Notes: generated by a model not told the origin, from the letters alone. A stretch of DNA of 62,591 bases, filler included, from Chrysochromulina tobinii (GCA_001275005.1; 11 parts of 11 records of this genome joined end to end with filler, not necessarily neighbours in it); one strand, 5' to 3'. Shown: positions 1 to 11,605, counted from the first letter of the whole stretch. Made by a program: numbers and translations.

Positions 1-288
1 GATCTGGTTCCATGATGGAGACCGTCCCTGTGACCTGGCCCTTCACGTTGAGTTCACAGCTGCGTAACTTTGGGCGTCACGCAGCAGTGAATTCGAGATG
101 GGCCGGGGCTTCTTTGTGAGTCTCTTAAACCTTCTGCCCCTCTTGCTTGACTGTGAAAGTTGATTGGCTTCGTGATTGGCCGGGGCTTCACTTCTGAGAG
201 ACCCACTTTCCTCTCGTCGCTGTCGCGCGCTGCTGCAGGTTCAACTCAGCCAGTCGTAATCACGTCGTCTATCCAGCGTGAAGCGTCC

Positions 289-2143
289 ATGGCTCCCAAG
301 CCCTCGGAGAGCGTGACCAACACCGCTCCTCTTTGGGCCCCGGTTGATGGACGTCCCGATATCGATGTCCCCGATCGGTACTGGGCCTGCTATTTCATCC
401 TGTACCTGCTGGGCATCGGCTCGCTGCTTCCGTGGAATGCGCTCATCACGCCGACCGAATACTTCCAGCTGCGCCTCACCGGCTCGCCCTTCATCACGTC
501 GTTCGAGTCCATCCTCTCCGTGTCCTTCACGTTCTTCTCCTTCACGTGGGTCGTGCTCCTGCAGTGGCTGCAGCACGTCATCCCGATCCGCGTATGCATC
601 CTCGGCGGCCTCGTGACGCTCCTGCTCGCGCTGGGCACCCTCACGGTGCTCGCCATCGAGCCGCTCTTCGCCGCGGACGATGAGCTGCTCGATGTGCTCG
701 CCAGCGGCGCCACCGGCCAGTTCGTCGCCCTGATCTCGTGCGCGGCGATCTGCGGCATCGGCCAGGCGTTCCTGACGGTGATGACGTACTCGTACGCCGC
801 CGTCTACCAGCGGCCGCAGTACCTTCAGGCCATCTCGGGCGGGCAAGGCGTCGCAGGCCTCTCAGTCACACTCGCGAATGCCCTTCTCAAGCTGCCAGGG
901 ATTGTGCACGAGTGCGCGAGCGACGGCGACGAGGCGGGCACGCCCAATACGACGCGCCGCCTGAGCGAGAGTGGCCCGAGCGTCGCGCACGCGCGCGACC
1001 TGATCGCCGCAGCGTCCGTGTACTTTAGCGCCTCGTGCGTCGTCATCCTCGCGTGCATCGCGGCCTTTCTGGTCCTCGAGCAGCTACCCTTCACGCGCGC
1101 GCGCCAGCGGATGGCAGAGCACTCGACCTACGTCCATGCAGCCGCCCGGAGCGAGCGCGCGTATACCGACTCGAGCAGCAGCACGGAAAGACCGCTGCTG
1201 CTGCACGTCGCCGCCAGCGACCACCCGCCGCCGCCCGGCGAGCATCGCATCTCCAGCGGCGCGCGGGCGCGCATCATGCCCACAGGGGGCACCGGCATCG
1301 GCGACTCCCACAGCGAGGGCATTTCCCACAGCGAGGGCATTCGACGGCGGGCGGCGCCGAGCGAGGAGCCCGAGATGGCGAGCCTGGACACGCGCGTCGC
1401 GATCGACGCGCTCGTCGCGGGCGACGCGGATGCGCGGCTAGGGGGGGTCAGAGGGACTTGCAGCCTGGTCGCGCGGCTCTGGAAGTGGTGCGCCTCCATC
1501 AGCCTCGTGTACATCGTGACGATCGCCATCTTCCCGGCGCTGACGGTCACGATTGCGCCTTCGGGGGGCTCGTGCGCGTCGAAGCAGCTCTTCACACCCT
1601 TCGGTTTCGTCATCTTCAACCTGGGCGACACCATCGGGCGCAATCTGCCCTGCCTGCTCAGCCGACCCTCGACGATCCTTACCGCGGTCGTCTCGCGCGT
1701 CGTCTTTGCACCGCTCTTCATGCTGTGCTATACGGGCTCGGGCGATGCAGCCGGCCCGCTGCAGCTCCCGATATTTGAGGGCACGGACGTGATGCCCTTC
1801 GTCATAATGTCCGCCTCCATGACCTCCAACGGCCTGCTTTCGAGCTGATTGCATCTGAGTGCATGCTGATTGCCGCGGGTGCTGATTCCTCCTCAGGTTC
1901 GTCTTCTCGATGTCCAACGGCCTGCTTACGAGCTCCGTCTTCGTCTCGTCACAGCTCGAGGGAGTCATGCCAGCGAGCAAACGGCAGCAAGGCGCGACGC
2001 TGCTCGTCATGTTTCTGAACACGGGCATCTTTGTTGGTGCGGCCCTCTCGTTCCTCGTGCGGTACGTCAACTGCACGCCCAGCGAGGCCAACGGCTTCGA
2101 CTGCAACCCCTTCCTCACGAATGCCAACTTCACCGGTCCGTGA
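289..2143 (+). CDS. Equilibrative nucleoside transporter (ENT/SLC29 family), 2 exons, intron 1809-1896
   Basis: ENT motifs LGIGSLLPWNALIT..YF, SGGQGVAG, VTIAIFPA, FNLGDTIGR and SNGLL. Splicing AT|gtcc...tcag|G joins ORF 160..1848 in frame to ORF 1910..2143. Confidence 0.9.
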
Positions 2144-3272
2144 CGGAACGAGAGGAGTTCACAGGGAGGAGTTCACAGGGTACCCACCATGCGCGACAGG
2201 GTACCCACCATGCGCGACGTCCAGCGTGACAGCCCTGCCCTTCCCCATCCCCCCCCAAGGGGCCCTCGGGCTGTCCAGCGGCGCAGCGACCACAGAGTGT
2301 GAACCATCGACGCTCGAGCGTGTTTGCGCGCGAACGCGGCTCGTCGCCTTCAAAGTTTGGGAAACTCTAGGCCCAGGAGCCAGGTTGATTCGCCGCCACC
2401 CTGTTCCTATCCGCGTTCCCCGCCCCGCTTTGGCTTTCCCACCTTTCCGGATTCCGCCTGCTCTATCCTATCGTTTTGCAGGGAGGTCTTGTATTATAGT
2501 TTTGTGTCATTGAAAAGCGGCTACTACATGCGGTCTCGTGCGTCGTGGCGCGCACGGCGCAAACTCCGATCCTGCATGAACATCAACGGCATACTCGCAC
2601 TCACGAAACGCTGACTCACGTCACTCTAGCACAACATCCGTCAACCCTTACTTGGGGCCATCCCCATGCCCATAGCACTACTGTGTGCAGCTTGCACGGC
2701 GGCAACGGCACAATCGCCCATGCGCTCACCACTCCCAACCGAACACAAGGTCGCTCCTCTAACACATCACTTCACAGATGGTCAGTTCTGTGATCACACT
2801 CGTCGTCGCCCCATCTCTGGACAACGAAAGCACGCTAGCCGCAGCTGCTCCCGCCCGAAATCCCACAGGCCGAGCGAGCCCTCGCCCCTAGTCGGCGCAT
2901 ACGCCCACCATGCCCACGACAGCGCGAGACCTCAGAGCTCGACATAGCAGCAGACTCTCCCTCTGAGCGCTGCGTCTGTCCCTCCTCCCCTCCCCATGCC
3001 TCATGTGGAACCCGAGCAGCGAAGGTCGACAAGACCCGCTGACGGTCGTCATATCATAACATCATCACACAAACGATCGCGGCCTGGCGCGGCAAACGCG
3101 CCGCCGAGCCGCGTCGAATAGCCCAGCGAGGGCAATAGCAAAGAGCATCAGCAGATCGCGGCCAAATCGGCCGACGCATGTGCCGAGCACATGGCCCCAC
3201 CCCATCTCGGGGAGGGGCACCATATTTGGTAGCAGGGCGCGATTCGTCAACGCCCTGCATTCGGCGACCTCC

Positions 3273-6023
3273 TTAGTAGGCCTCGATCATGGGAATCTGG
3301 AACGTCGGGTACGAGAGGTCCTCAGTGACCGTGTCCTGCTCAAGGAGCACGGACAGGTTGAAGATCTTTTTGCACAGGTAGGCCATCGATCCCGCGTCCA
3401 CCTTGCACACGTCCGAGGGCGTGATCTTGGTCTTGGTGGCCGCGACGTTGGCGCTCGACGCCTTCATGCCTCGGAAGCCACGCGGGGTGCCGAGCGCGTT
3501 GGCCACGTCGCCGACGCCGCCGAGCGGCACGCGTGGGCGCGCCGACTGCTGCGGGGGCGGCATGCGGGGCGTGAGCCGCGCGGTGTTGCCGCCGTTGCGC
3601 TGCGAGAGTTGGCCGCGCTGCGACACGAAGCCGTTGGAGTACTCGCGCTGCGAGGCGGGCGCGTTGGAGCCGTACTCACGGCTCGTAAACTGGCGCTGCG
3701 TGCCCGACCCCTTGTTGGGGGACATGGACTGCTCCTCCATGACATTCTCGATCTGGGCCAGTCGCTCGGTCATCGCGCCCGCCGTGGACTGCAGCATACC
3801 CGCGGTGTTCGGGTCGCGTGACGCATAGTCGGCGAGGATGGCGACGACGTCGTCGAAGCCGGCCGAGTCGGCGTAGTCGAGCGCGGACTTGCCCTCGACG
3901 TCCTCGCGCGTCGCCGTCGCGCCCGCCTCGAGGAGGAGCCGAACCGAGAGGAAGTCACCACGCGCAGCCGCGTGGATCAGCGGCGTGATGCCGAACAGGT
4001 CAGCCACGTCGGGATCCGCATCGTGCTCGAGCAGGGAGGCGAGCACCTCGCGGTGCCCAAACGAGGCCGCGAAGGCGAGCGCGCCATAGCCCTGCGAGTC
4101 GACCGCGTCCGGATCCGCCTCTGCCTCGAGGAGCAGGTTGACCACCTTGTGGTGGCCTCCATATGCGGCCTTGATCAAGGCGGTCTTGCCCGTCACGTTG
4201 TCCTGCACGTCGACCTCGGACCCCTCGATGAGCAGGAGCTCGACCATCGACGCGTGCCCACGGTACGCGGCGCAGTTGAGCGCGGTGTTGCCGTCGCAGT
4301 TCGCAATGTCCACGTCGCCGTTGACGTCGAGGAGCAACTTGGCGACGTCGAGGTGGCCGTACCATGCCGCGAGGATGAGGGCAGAGTCGCCGTAGTGGTT
4401 CTGGAAGTTGCGCAGGCGGCCGAGCTCGCCCGTGGCGGCCATATCCTGCAGCGCAGCCAGCTTGTTCTCCTTGACCAGCTTGAGCAGGCGCAGCTTGTCG
4501 TCGTCGTCGAGCATGGTCGTGCCGAACGTACGCGTCGCGTTGAGCTGGCGCGCCTTAGCGGACTTCTCGCGCTGATGCTTGCGCTCGGCGGCGAGCTGGA
4601 GGCGCGCGGCCTTCCGGGTCTGGATGCCATCGGCCGACTTCATCTTCTCATCCACCTTGCACGCGACCGCGTCGGACTTGGCCTGCGCGTTCGTCTCGAT
4701 GCGCAGACGAACTTGGTCCTCCTTTTCGCGCTCCTTTTGCAGACGCTGCGACTCGGCAGCGTGCTTGGCCGCGCGCTGCTCCTCGGCAGTCTGCATGCGC
4801 TGCTTGTGCTTGAGGAGGATCTCCTCGGGCGACTTGGTATGGCGCGCCGAGAGGCGCTCTGCCAGCTCCGTCGGCACCGTCGAGGGCTTGTCCGTCCACG
4901 CCGCCGCCACAATGTCCATCACATGCGTGTTCTCGTTGAACTCCGCCTGGAACGGCACGGGCGCGATCACTTCCCGGCGGCGTCGGCGCGCGGAGAGCTC
5001 GGCGGGCAGGGCACCCATGAGCTCGACCGGGCTGGCCGGGCTGCTGCTGCTGCTGGCAGCCCCCGACGAGGGCTGCATGCTGTTCAGGGAGCGCCCGCCG
5101 AGTGGCGTAGGCGAGCCCTGTGGGGTTTCCGTCGCGTCCTCCGGGGGGCCCACCTCGTTCGACTCCATGCGACGGCGGCGCACCTCTTCGGCGCGCGCGC
5201 GCTCGCGGGCGAGGCGCTCGGCCTGTTGCTGCAGCTTTGCATTCCGGAACGCGTCCGCCGACTCCTGCTTGCGGTGCGAGGTCTGATCGATGTCATTGAG
5301 GTGGCCCTCGCGCCTCTCGGTCACTTTTTGGGCACGCTCGTGTTCGCGCGCCGTGTGCTGCTTGCGCTCCGAGTCGAGGCGCGCCTTCTGCTCGGCCGCC
5401 TTGGCATTGCGCTTGTTGGTCTCCTCCATGATCTGCTCGACCGACTTGCGCGTGCGCGAAGACAGCTTGTGGTGCAGTGGCGAGTCGGCCGGCGGGCGCG
5501 AGTCCTTCGAGGGTGTCGAGCCGGTGCCGAACATGGCCCAGGGCAGGTCGATGACCGTCTCGCCGTGCGCCCGCGAGGAGTTCGCCTCGTCGCCGAAGCC
5601 CCGCTCCGTGTCGCCGATGCTCACCTTGCGCTGGCGCACGAGCTCGGCCCGCTCCTCGTCGCGCTTGAGCCTCTCGGCCTGCTGCTGCAGTTTGGCGGCG
5701 CGAAGGGCTTCAGCAGCGGCCTGCTGGCGCTGGGTCTTCTCGCCGATGGCCGCGATGGAGGCGTTGTGCTTCGCTCGCACCTCCTCCTCGTGTAGCCGCT
5801 CAGTGTGCAGGCGCTCCGACTGCTGCGCGCGCTTCGCCGCGAGGGCCGCCTCGGCGTTTTGCTGCCGCCGCTTGGCCGACTCGAGCAGGTCGTCAACAGA
5901 CTTACGCGAGCGCGAGCTGAGCTTGTTGTGCAAGTGGGACGCGTCCGAGAGGGGCTTGTCCGTCCATTCGGACCAGGGCTCGGCAATCAGGAGCTGCTCG
6001 TCGGGCATCATCGGCTCGGCCAT
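3273..6023 (-). CDS. Ankyrin-repeat protein with three N-terminal charged helical repeats
   Basis: About 6 ankyrin repeats (GDSALILAAWYGH, GNTALNCAAYRGH, GKTALIKAAYGGH, GITPLIHAAARG). N-terminal LHxKLSSRxRKS motif repeated three times. Confidence 0.85.
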   Translation of the reverse strand: MAEPMMPDEQLLIAEPWSEWTDKPLSDASHLHNKLSSRSRKSVDDLLESAKRRQQNAEAALAAKRAQQSERLHTERLHEEEVRAKHNASIAAIGEKTQRQQAAAEALRAAKLQQQAERLKRDEERAELVRQRKVSIGDTERGFGDEANSSRAHGETVIDLPWAMFGTGSTPSKDSRPPADSPLHHKLSSRTRKSVEQIMEETNKRNAKAAEQKARLDSERKQHTAREHERAQKVTERREGHLNDIDQTSHRKQESADAFRNAKLQQQAERLARERARAEEVRRRRMESNEVGPPEDATETPQGSPTPLGGRSLNSMQPSSGAASSSSSPASPVELMGALPAELSARRRRREVIAPVPFQAEFNENTHVMDIVAAAWTDKPSTVPTELAERLSARHTKSPEEILLKHKQRMQTAEEQRAAKHAAESQRLQKEREKEDQVRLRIETNAQAKSDAVACKVDEKMKSADGIQTRKAARLQLAAERKHQREKSAKARQLNATRTFGTTMLDDDDKLRLLKLVKENKLAALQDMAATGELGRLRNFQNHYGDSALILAAWYGHLDVAKLLLDVNGDVDIANCDGNTALNCAAYRGHASMVELLLIEGSEVDVQDNVTGKTALIKAAYGGHHKVVNLLLEAEADPDAVDSQGYGALAFAASFGHREVLASLLEHDADPDVADLFGITPLIHAAARGDFLSVRLLLEAGATATREDVEGKSALDYADSAGFDDVVAILADYASRDPNTAGMLQSTAGAMTERLAQIENVMEEQSMSPNKGSGTQRQFTSREYGSNAPASQREYSNGFVSQRGQLSQRNGGNTARLTPRMPPPQQSARPRVPLGGVGDVANALGTPRGFRGMKASSANVAATKTKITPSDVCKVDAGSMAYLCKKIFNLSVLLEQDTVTEDLSYPTFQIPMIEAY

Positions 6024-6373
6024 CTTTTCCGAAAAGCGTCGGATCCCCAAAAGTGCGATGCGCTTGGACTTTGAGGCTCAATTGGGATCCGGCCGAAGTG
6101 CGCGGCTTTTGGACGTTTCAACACTTTGAACTTTCAATTTACGAAACCCGTGATTAAAGTTTGCGCACACGGGGGTGCCACCACGCACTCTCCCAGTATT
6201 TTGAAGGTGGATGCCTGGCCGTGGCAAACACACAAAGTTGCAGCGGTTGATTTCTCAACTGGCCGCTGTGCAGTGTACTTAAATGAGAGACCCGCGGGGC
6301 TAACCTCGAGAGACCTCTCTCGAGAGTTACCCGGCGTGCGCACGCGGTCCGGCGCGGCCCCAACGCCTCGAGC

Positions 6374-8085
6374 TCACTGGGCCTTCCGCTTCGCGTCGGC
6401 GCGCTGCGCGGCGGCGGCCTCGAGCTTGAAGAGCTCGAGGCACTCATCCTGCATTCGGAGCACGTCGGCCATGCTGTGCCCGTCCCACGCGCGCTCTGGC
6501 TCGCCGGTGCTGCTGCCCGAGGCGCACTCCGCCACGACCGCCTGTATCTTGGCCTTGAGCGGTGCACTCAGCTCGAAGTTTGCGAAATAGACGAAGGGCA
6601 GCTCCAGGCACTCCGGATGCAAAAACTTGCGAAGCTCCGTCGGCGTGTGGCGCGTCGCGCCGAACCAGACGACCTTCTGGGGCAGTTTGGCGGCCTCGGT
6701 CATGGGCATCGAGAAGATGGGCGACGCAGGCGACCAGTAGAGCGGCTCCATGGCACCCACGATGCGCGTCGAGCCGCTGAGTGGCGAGTCGGTCATGGTC
6801 CACCACTTTGGCCACTCGTCGAACGGGTTGCGAGGCAGCATGAACATGGGGCAGCATGAAAACGGCAGGATGTCGTCCAGCCAAAAGTCACGCAGCGTGA
6901 GCGCGGTTAGTACCTGCAGCGCCGTGTAGATGAGCGCGGGCAAGAAGAACCCGGTCTCGTGCGCCCAGCCCTGCAGCACCGCGGTCCAAGGCTCACGAGA
7001 CGGCACGCCGACTAGAAAGGCGAGCAGCGCGGGCGACCAGAAGGTGACGAAGTCGAGTCCCTGGAGGAGCAGGATGCCGAAATGGAAGGCGAAGCCGCCC
7101 AGCCCGCAGAGCACCATGAGCAGGTCCGAGGTTGGCGCGAGGATGAACGACGTCTCAAACAGCACCGAGCCTGACGCCAGTGCTGTCGCCAGCCAGGGAC
7201 GCGTGAGCAGCTGCTGCTGCAGCCTTCGCACAACGGCGCTGTCCGTCGGTCGCGACCACATGCCGTCGAAGACGTACGCCTGCAGCGTCGGGCCCCAGCC
7301 CCAGAAGCGCTGGAAGCGCGCGCCGCACAGCAGCTTGCACATGCCCGACGCGAAGTAGCCCGACGCGAGATAAATTCGAATCAGGACCAAAGGCCACTCC
7401 GACCGTGACTTGACTTGATGATCGAGCGACGGCGCGCAGCTGAGCAGCAGGAGGAGTGACGGGATGAGGATCGTCGAATGACCCGAGCACGTCACCTCGG
7501 CGTACAGCTGCGGGAAGTAGCACAGCGAGAGCAGGTACGCGACGAACAGGAAGACTCGCGGCGCCATCGGCGTGCACGCCGCGAGCAGGCAGCCAATGAG
7601 CGCGAGTCCGGTCAGGCGCAGCTGCGGCGCGCTGAGCCTGGGCGGCGTCAGGAAACCGTACAGTGGCGCCGGGTGCGCGCCGAGCCCGCGCTTTTTTGCC
7701 ATCTCGAGCCTGCGACGCGAGGAGCGCGGCAGCGTCACGGCGGCCGTTCATCGGCGTGTGAGAGCGACGGCGGCGCGACGGGGCGGAGGAGGTCGCGCGA
7801 GGGCGTCTTTACAGCATCAGGCGGCGGGAAGAGAGCTGCGTACCCGGAGTTGTCGAACCACTCGAGAAACCGCACCTGGCGGCCCAGTGTCCACATGAGC
7901 GCGGCGGCGAGCCAGAGGCAATAGAGGAGCTGAAATTGACGCACCGGGTTCTCGTAATCGACGGAGCCAAAGTATGCGAACGCGCTGCGCAGCAGCGGCG
8001 ATTCCTCGGGTAGCAGCGCGGAGACGAATCGGCCCAGCCAGGTGAAGGCGTGCGCCCACGGAGGATGCGTCGGACTCGACGCCAT
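6374..8085 (-). CDS. Multi-pass membrane protein, HTTM/DoxX-like; probable intron 7710-7843
   Basis: ORFs 7735..8085 and 6374..7738 join in frame via GG|gtacgc...gcag|G (FDNSG-LEMAKK). Hydrophobic segments with [15 protein letters not shown] and FH motifs. Confidence 0.55.
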
Positions 8086-8120
8086 TGATGACTTTTGTAA
8101 TCAATCGTGGCCTCGTCTCC

Positions 8121-8657
8121 ATGTATACAGAGCCTCTTGCTCAGCCCTCCAACCTGCGGCGGCTGAGCGCCGCACGCTTCTCGGCCTGCGGTCATGCGCG
8201 CGTGCCATGCGCCGTCTGCTCACGTCTGAATGCGCTCGCCCGCTCGGTGGCAGGCCGGCCCACAAGTCGTTCTTCACCAAGAAGAAGCTCGCAAAGAAGC
8301 AGAACCAGAACCGCCCGATCCCGCAGTGGATCCGCATGCGCACCGGCAACAAGATCCGGTGCGTGGATCACCCCATTCAATACGTGGCCGTAGCCAGCGC
8401 GGCGGCGCAACGCGCGGCAGCCTCGCAGGCAGCCCTCGTGGCTCAGCTTGCAGCCCGCTCGGCAGATGCAGCCCGCCGGGCAGAGACTTTGCTGGTGCCC
8501 CTGTCTGGCTTGGCTCACTCGACAGCGCTTGCGCGTTGATCAAGCGTCACCTCTCCACTCTCGATAACCTACTTCGTGCTGCTGACCGTGCCCTCTTTTG
8601 TCCCGCAGGTACAACATGAAGCGCCGCCACTGGCGCCGCACGAAGATTGGCCTGTAG
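8121..8657 (+). CDS. RPL39: 60S ribosomal protein L39 (eL39), 3 exons
   Basis: Spliced product [51 protein letters not shown]. Exons 8254-8358 and 8609-8657, intron 8359-8608 (GT-AG). The start codon is split AT|G; the position of the first exon is uncertain. Confidence 0.95.
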
Positions 8658-9068
8658 ACGCTCGGGCAATTGGGGGGAATGCGAGGGACACTCTTTTTGT
8701 ACAGCTTACGTGTCATACCTCTGTGGCTGCCCCACGTTTGTGCCGTCGAGCGCAACTGCGCTTTGCGGTCACTCGCGTCGTGAGCTCGCATCTACGTATC
8801 CCATGAGTTGCGAGCGCTGCCCGTCGCCCGCGGCGCCATCATCGTTCTGTTTTTGTGCCGGTGCGTGGTGTGCGCAGCGCCGTGTGGTAGCTACAAAGAC
8901 GTTGACACAGAAAACCCTGTCTTATTGGCGGGGCAACTTTTCTCTACACGAGAGGAGCAGCGCGAGGCGGGGGCGCGCCCGCGGGCCGCGCGCCGCGGGC
9001 TCCGCGCGCCCCGGCGGGGGCGCCTGCCCTCTGGCGGCGGGGCGCGGCGGGTGCGGGCGGGTTACATT

Positions 9069-9168
9069 NNNNNNNNNNNNNNNNNNNNNNNNNNNNNNNN
9101 NNNNNNNNNNNNTTAATTAATTAANNNNNNNNNNNNNNNNNNNNNNNNNNNNNNNNNNNNNNNNNNNN
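9069..9168. other. Artificial contig linker (N44-TTAATTAATTAA-N44); also at 19252, 21389, 23824, 27937, 49862, 53618, 55908, 58448, 61091
   Basis: Identical 100-nt N-flanked spacer with stops in all six frames, present 10 times. Confidence 0.97.
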
Positions 9169-9467
9169 TGGAATGAGATTTGCATGCCCCGCGACCGCAG
9201 ACACATGTCTGGAACCGTCTATGCACCCTCTCGATGGGTGCCACACGTAGGGGGGGTGGGGAGTTCGGCACAAAAAAAAGGCCGCGACGGCGCCCGCTTC
9301 ATCCCTCCTCTTTTTGAGGAAACAGGGTTCTGAGGGGATCCACCGGCAAACGAGGCTGTGGGAAATACGGGCGCTCGCGCACTTTTTTAGCGCTGGCGGT
9401 TAATCTCTGAGGCTTCCCTCCCGGTGTTCCAACGGGGTGGGGAAGAATGGTTAGTAAAAACGTAAAG

Positions 9468-9895
9468 AACCACGAGTTAGGCGCATAGGCGGGAGCCTAT
9501 TAACCACGAGTTAGGCGGGAGCCCAACCACACGGTAGTGCCACTTGAGGTGCCACACGTGAGCGGGGGGGGCAGATGAGCCGGACAGCCCCAGGTGAGCC
9601 ACGTGAGCCACGTGAGCGGGGGGGTCAGATGAGCCGGCCAGCTCCAGGTGAGCCAAGTGAGCGCGGCGGGGGGGTGGATGAGCCGAGCCTGACCACCTGG
9701 GCTCCCCGTGCGACGAGGCCGAGGTGTAGATTTCGACGGCTGGCTCACGTGGGAATGCGACACCTGGAGCCGCGCGCGTTCGAGGCGATCGACACGTGCG
9801 TCGTGTGGCTCACGTGAGGTTTTAAGGTGATTTTAGGTAGTTACACGTGCCGAGGTGTCGAACCACCTGAGCCAGGCCCCAGGCGTCTTGGCTCA
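9468..9895. repeat. Non-coding array of GTGAGCC/CACGTG motifs with short direct repeats (TE-subterminal-like)
   Basis: Seven CACGTG plus CAGGTG/CACCTG variants; duplicated GAGCGGGGGGG..CAGATGAGCCGG and AACCACGAGTTAGGCG. Confidence 0.6.
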
Positions 9896-10115
9896 CGGTC
9901 CGAGACCGAGTGGCCCATCTCTGGTAGGATACAGGCGTTAAGGTTAAGGTGGGCGTGGAAAAAGCGTCAGCCGCTCAATGCAGCCGCTGCATTATAGCCG
10001 CATTCCGAAATTGTACTGAGCTCGAGTGGAAGTTCGACTAGAAGTCAAGTACTGATTCACCCATTGTGTTGGAATCCTAACCCCGAGGTCCAACAGTACA
10101 AAATTGCGGTAACGG

Positions 10116-10979
10116 TCATCTCTCGTCCCTGTCCATGATGGTGGCGAGGTGCATGAATAGGCTCACAATGTCGGTGTACAGAGTGGCAGCGGCGAGCAGG
10201 TGCTCGTTCGGCCGGATCTGTCGCTTCTTCTTCCCGCCCATCATCATCTGGGTGTTGACGACGAGGTAGCCCATGTAGAGAGCCACACCCGCCGCCAGCC
10301 TGACCGTTATCATCCAGTCGCCGCCAAAGAGCATCTGGAAGCCGCCGAGGACGAAGAGGGCCCACATGCCGCCCGAGAGCAGCCCGCCGGACGCGCTCAC
10401 GTCGCGTCGCGTTGTGAGCGCGTACAGGGTGAGCCCGCCTGTCGCGGCCGCCGTCGTGGCCGCTGCGCGCAGTAGGAGCGCCGTCGACATCCCTGCGGTG
10501 ACCGAGCCGATCGAGAGGGCCTCAAAGGCAGTGAAGAGGCCGAGGAGAAGGTAGGCGAGCGGCGAGGACGCTTGCCGCTGGTTGGGCATGTACTGCAGCG
10601 CGACGAGCGGCAGGAGCGGCAAGAAGACCATCCCAAGACCGAGCCTGCTCATCAGCTGCACGGCCATGAGCGGCGAGGCACGGAGCAGCGCGATGATGGC
10701 AGTTGTGAGGAGCAGCTGGACCGTGACGGTCGAATAGACCTTTTGCATGAAGGCCTTGCGGACCGCGGGCCGCTCGAACTGCTGCACCACGAACACGCGC
10801 TCAGCATTGCTCATCTCCGGCTCAGCAGGCACGAGCGCTCTCGACGGCTCGACGGCAGACCGACCGCTCTGGTACCGGATGGACGAAGCGCCGCCTCGCA
10901 GGCTGAGGACGGGTAAACGACGGTCGGCGGCCGCGGCCGCGAGCAGAGCCAGCACGCCGATGTGAAGCGTGCGTGCCAT
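10116..10979 (-). CDS. Bax inhibitor-1/TMBIM (Lifeguard-like) membrane protein with signal peptide
   Basis: VRKAFMQKVYSTVTVQLLLT, YLLLGLFTAFEA, YLVVNTQMMMGG and AAATLYTDIVSLF are TMBIM hallmarks. Confidence 0.88.
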   Translation of the reverse strand: MARTLHIGVLALLAAAAADRRLPVLSLRGGASSIRYQSGRSAVEPSRALVPAEPEMSNAERVFVVQQFERPAVRKAFMQKVYSTVTVQLLLTTAIIALLRASPLMAVQLMSRLGLGMVFLPLLPLVALQYMPNQRQASSPLAYLLLGLFTAFEALSIGSVTAGMSTALLLRAAATTAAATGGLTLYALTTRRDVSASGGLLSGGMWALFVLGGFQMLFGGDWMITVRLAAGVALYMGYLVVNTQMMMGGKKKRQIRPNEHLLAAATLYTDIVSLFMHLATIMDRDER

Positions 10980-11423
10980 TATGTGAAACGCGGTGGTGCG
11001 TGAACGTGATGGACGTTCACAGCAGCGGAGACAGTGCACCTCGAGTTGCCATCTTAGTAATTTCTTCAGAAGCGCGCGCGCGCAAGGCCGAACGGAAGCC
11101 CGACGCCGCGCCGCCCGTCTGCCGCGGCTTTCTCGCAGAGGCCGACGTCTATAAGCAACGGTCCCCGGGAAGATGGACAATCATGCAATCAGATGTTATC
11201 GAAGACTAATCGAAGACGTTAGAGGCGCATTAAAGACGTACCGCCCGCCTGCGAGGCTCTCTCTATCATCCTTCGCAGTTCGCTATACCGCGCACCCTGA
11301 CTGAGCACTTCCAACTTGCACTCCGCGACACACTGTTCGAGCATGACCGCGAGCCCAACACCACACTCATGACCTGACTTGATCCGCACACTGTGCACAA
11401 AGACCAACCCCAAATGGGTGGCA

Positions 11424-11491
11424 GGGAGATGGCATCTCGTCGGCAGATCCATCGGGAGATGGCATCTCGTCGGCAGATCCATCGGGAGATG
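11424..11491. repeat. 30-bp tandem duplication
   Basis: GGGAGATGGCATCTCGTCGGCAGATCCATC twice plus a partial third copy. Confidence 0.85.
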
Positions 11492-11605
11492 GATGGCAGC
11501 GCTCGCCCTCCGATGCTGCGGGGCGCGTCGCGCTGGGCGCGTCGCGCGGGGCGCTGAATAAATAGAGGCGCGAGCGACGCCCCGGAGACTGGTGGCTGCG
11601 ATTCG

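Noticed and set aside
3972..5795. Long antisense ORFs (607 aa here; also 24075..25586, 30397..31596, 59038..60318)
   Set aside because: Shadow frames of high-GC coding sequence on the other strand, with no motifs.
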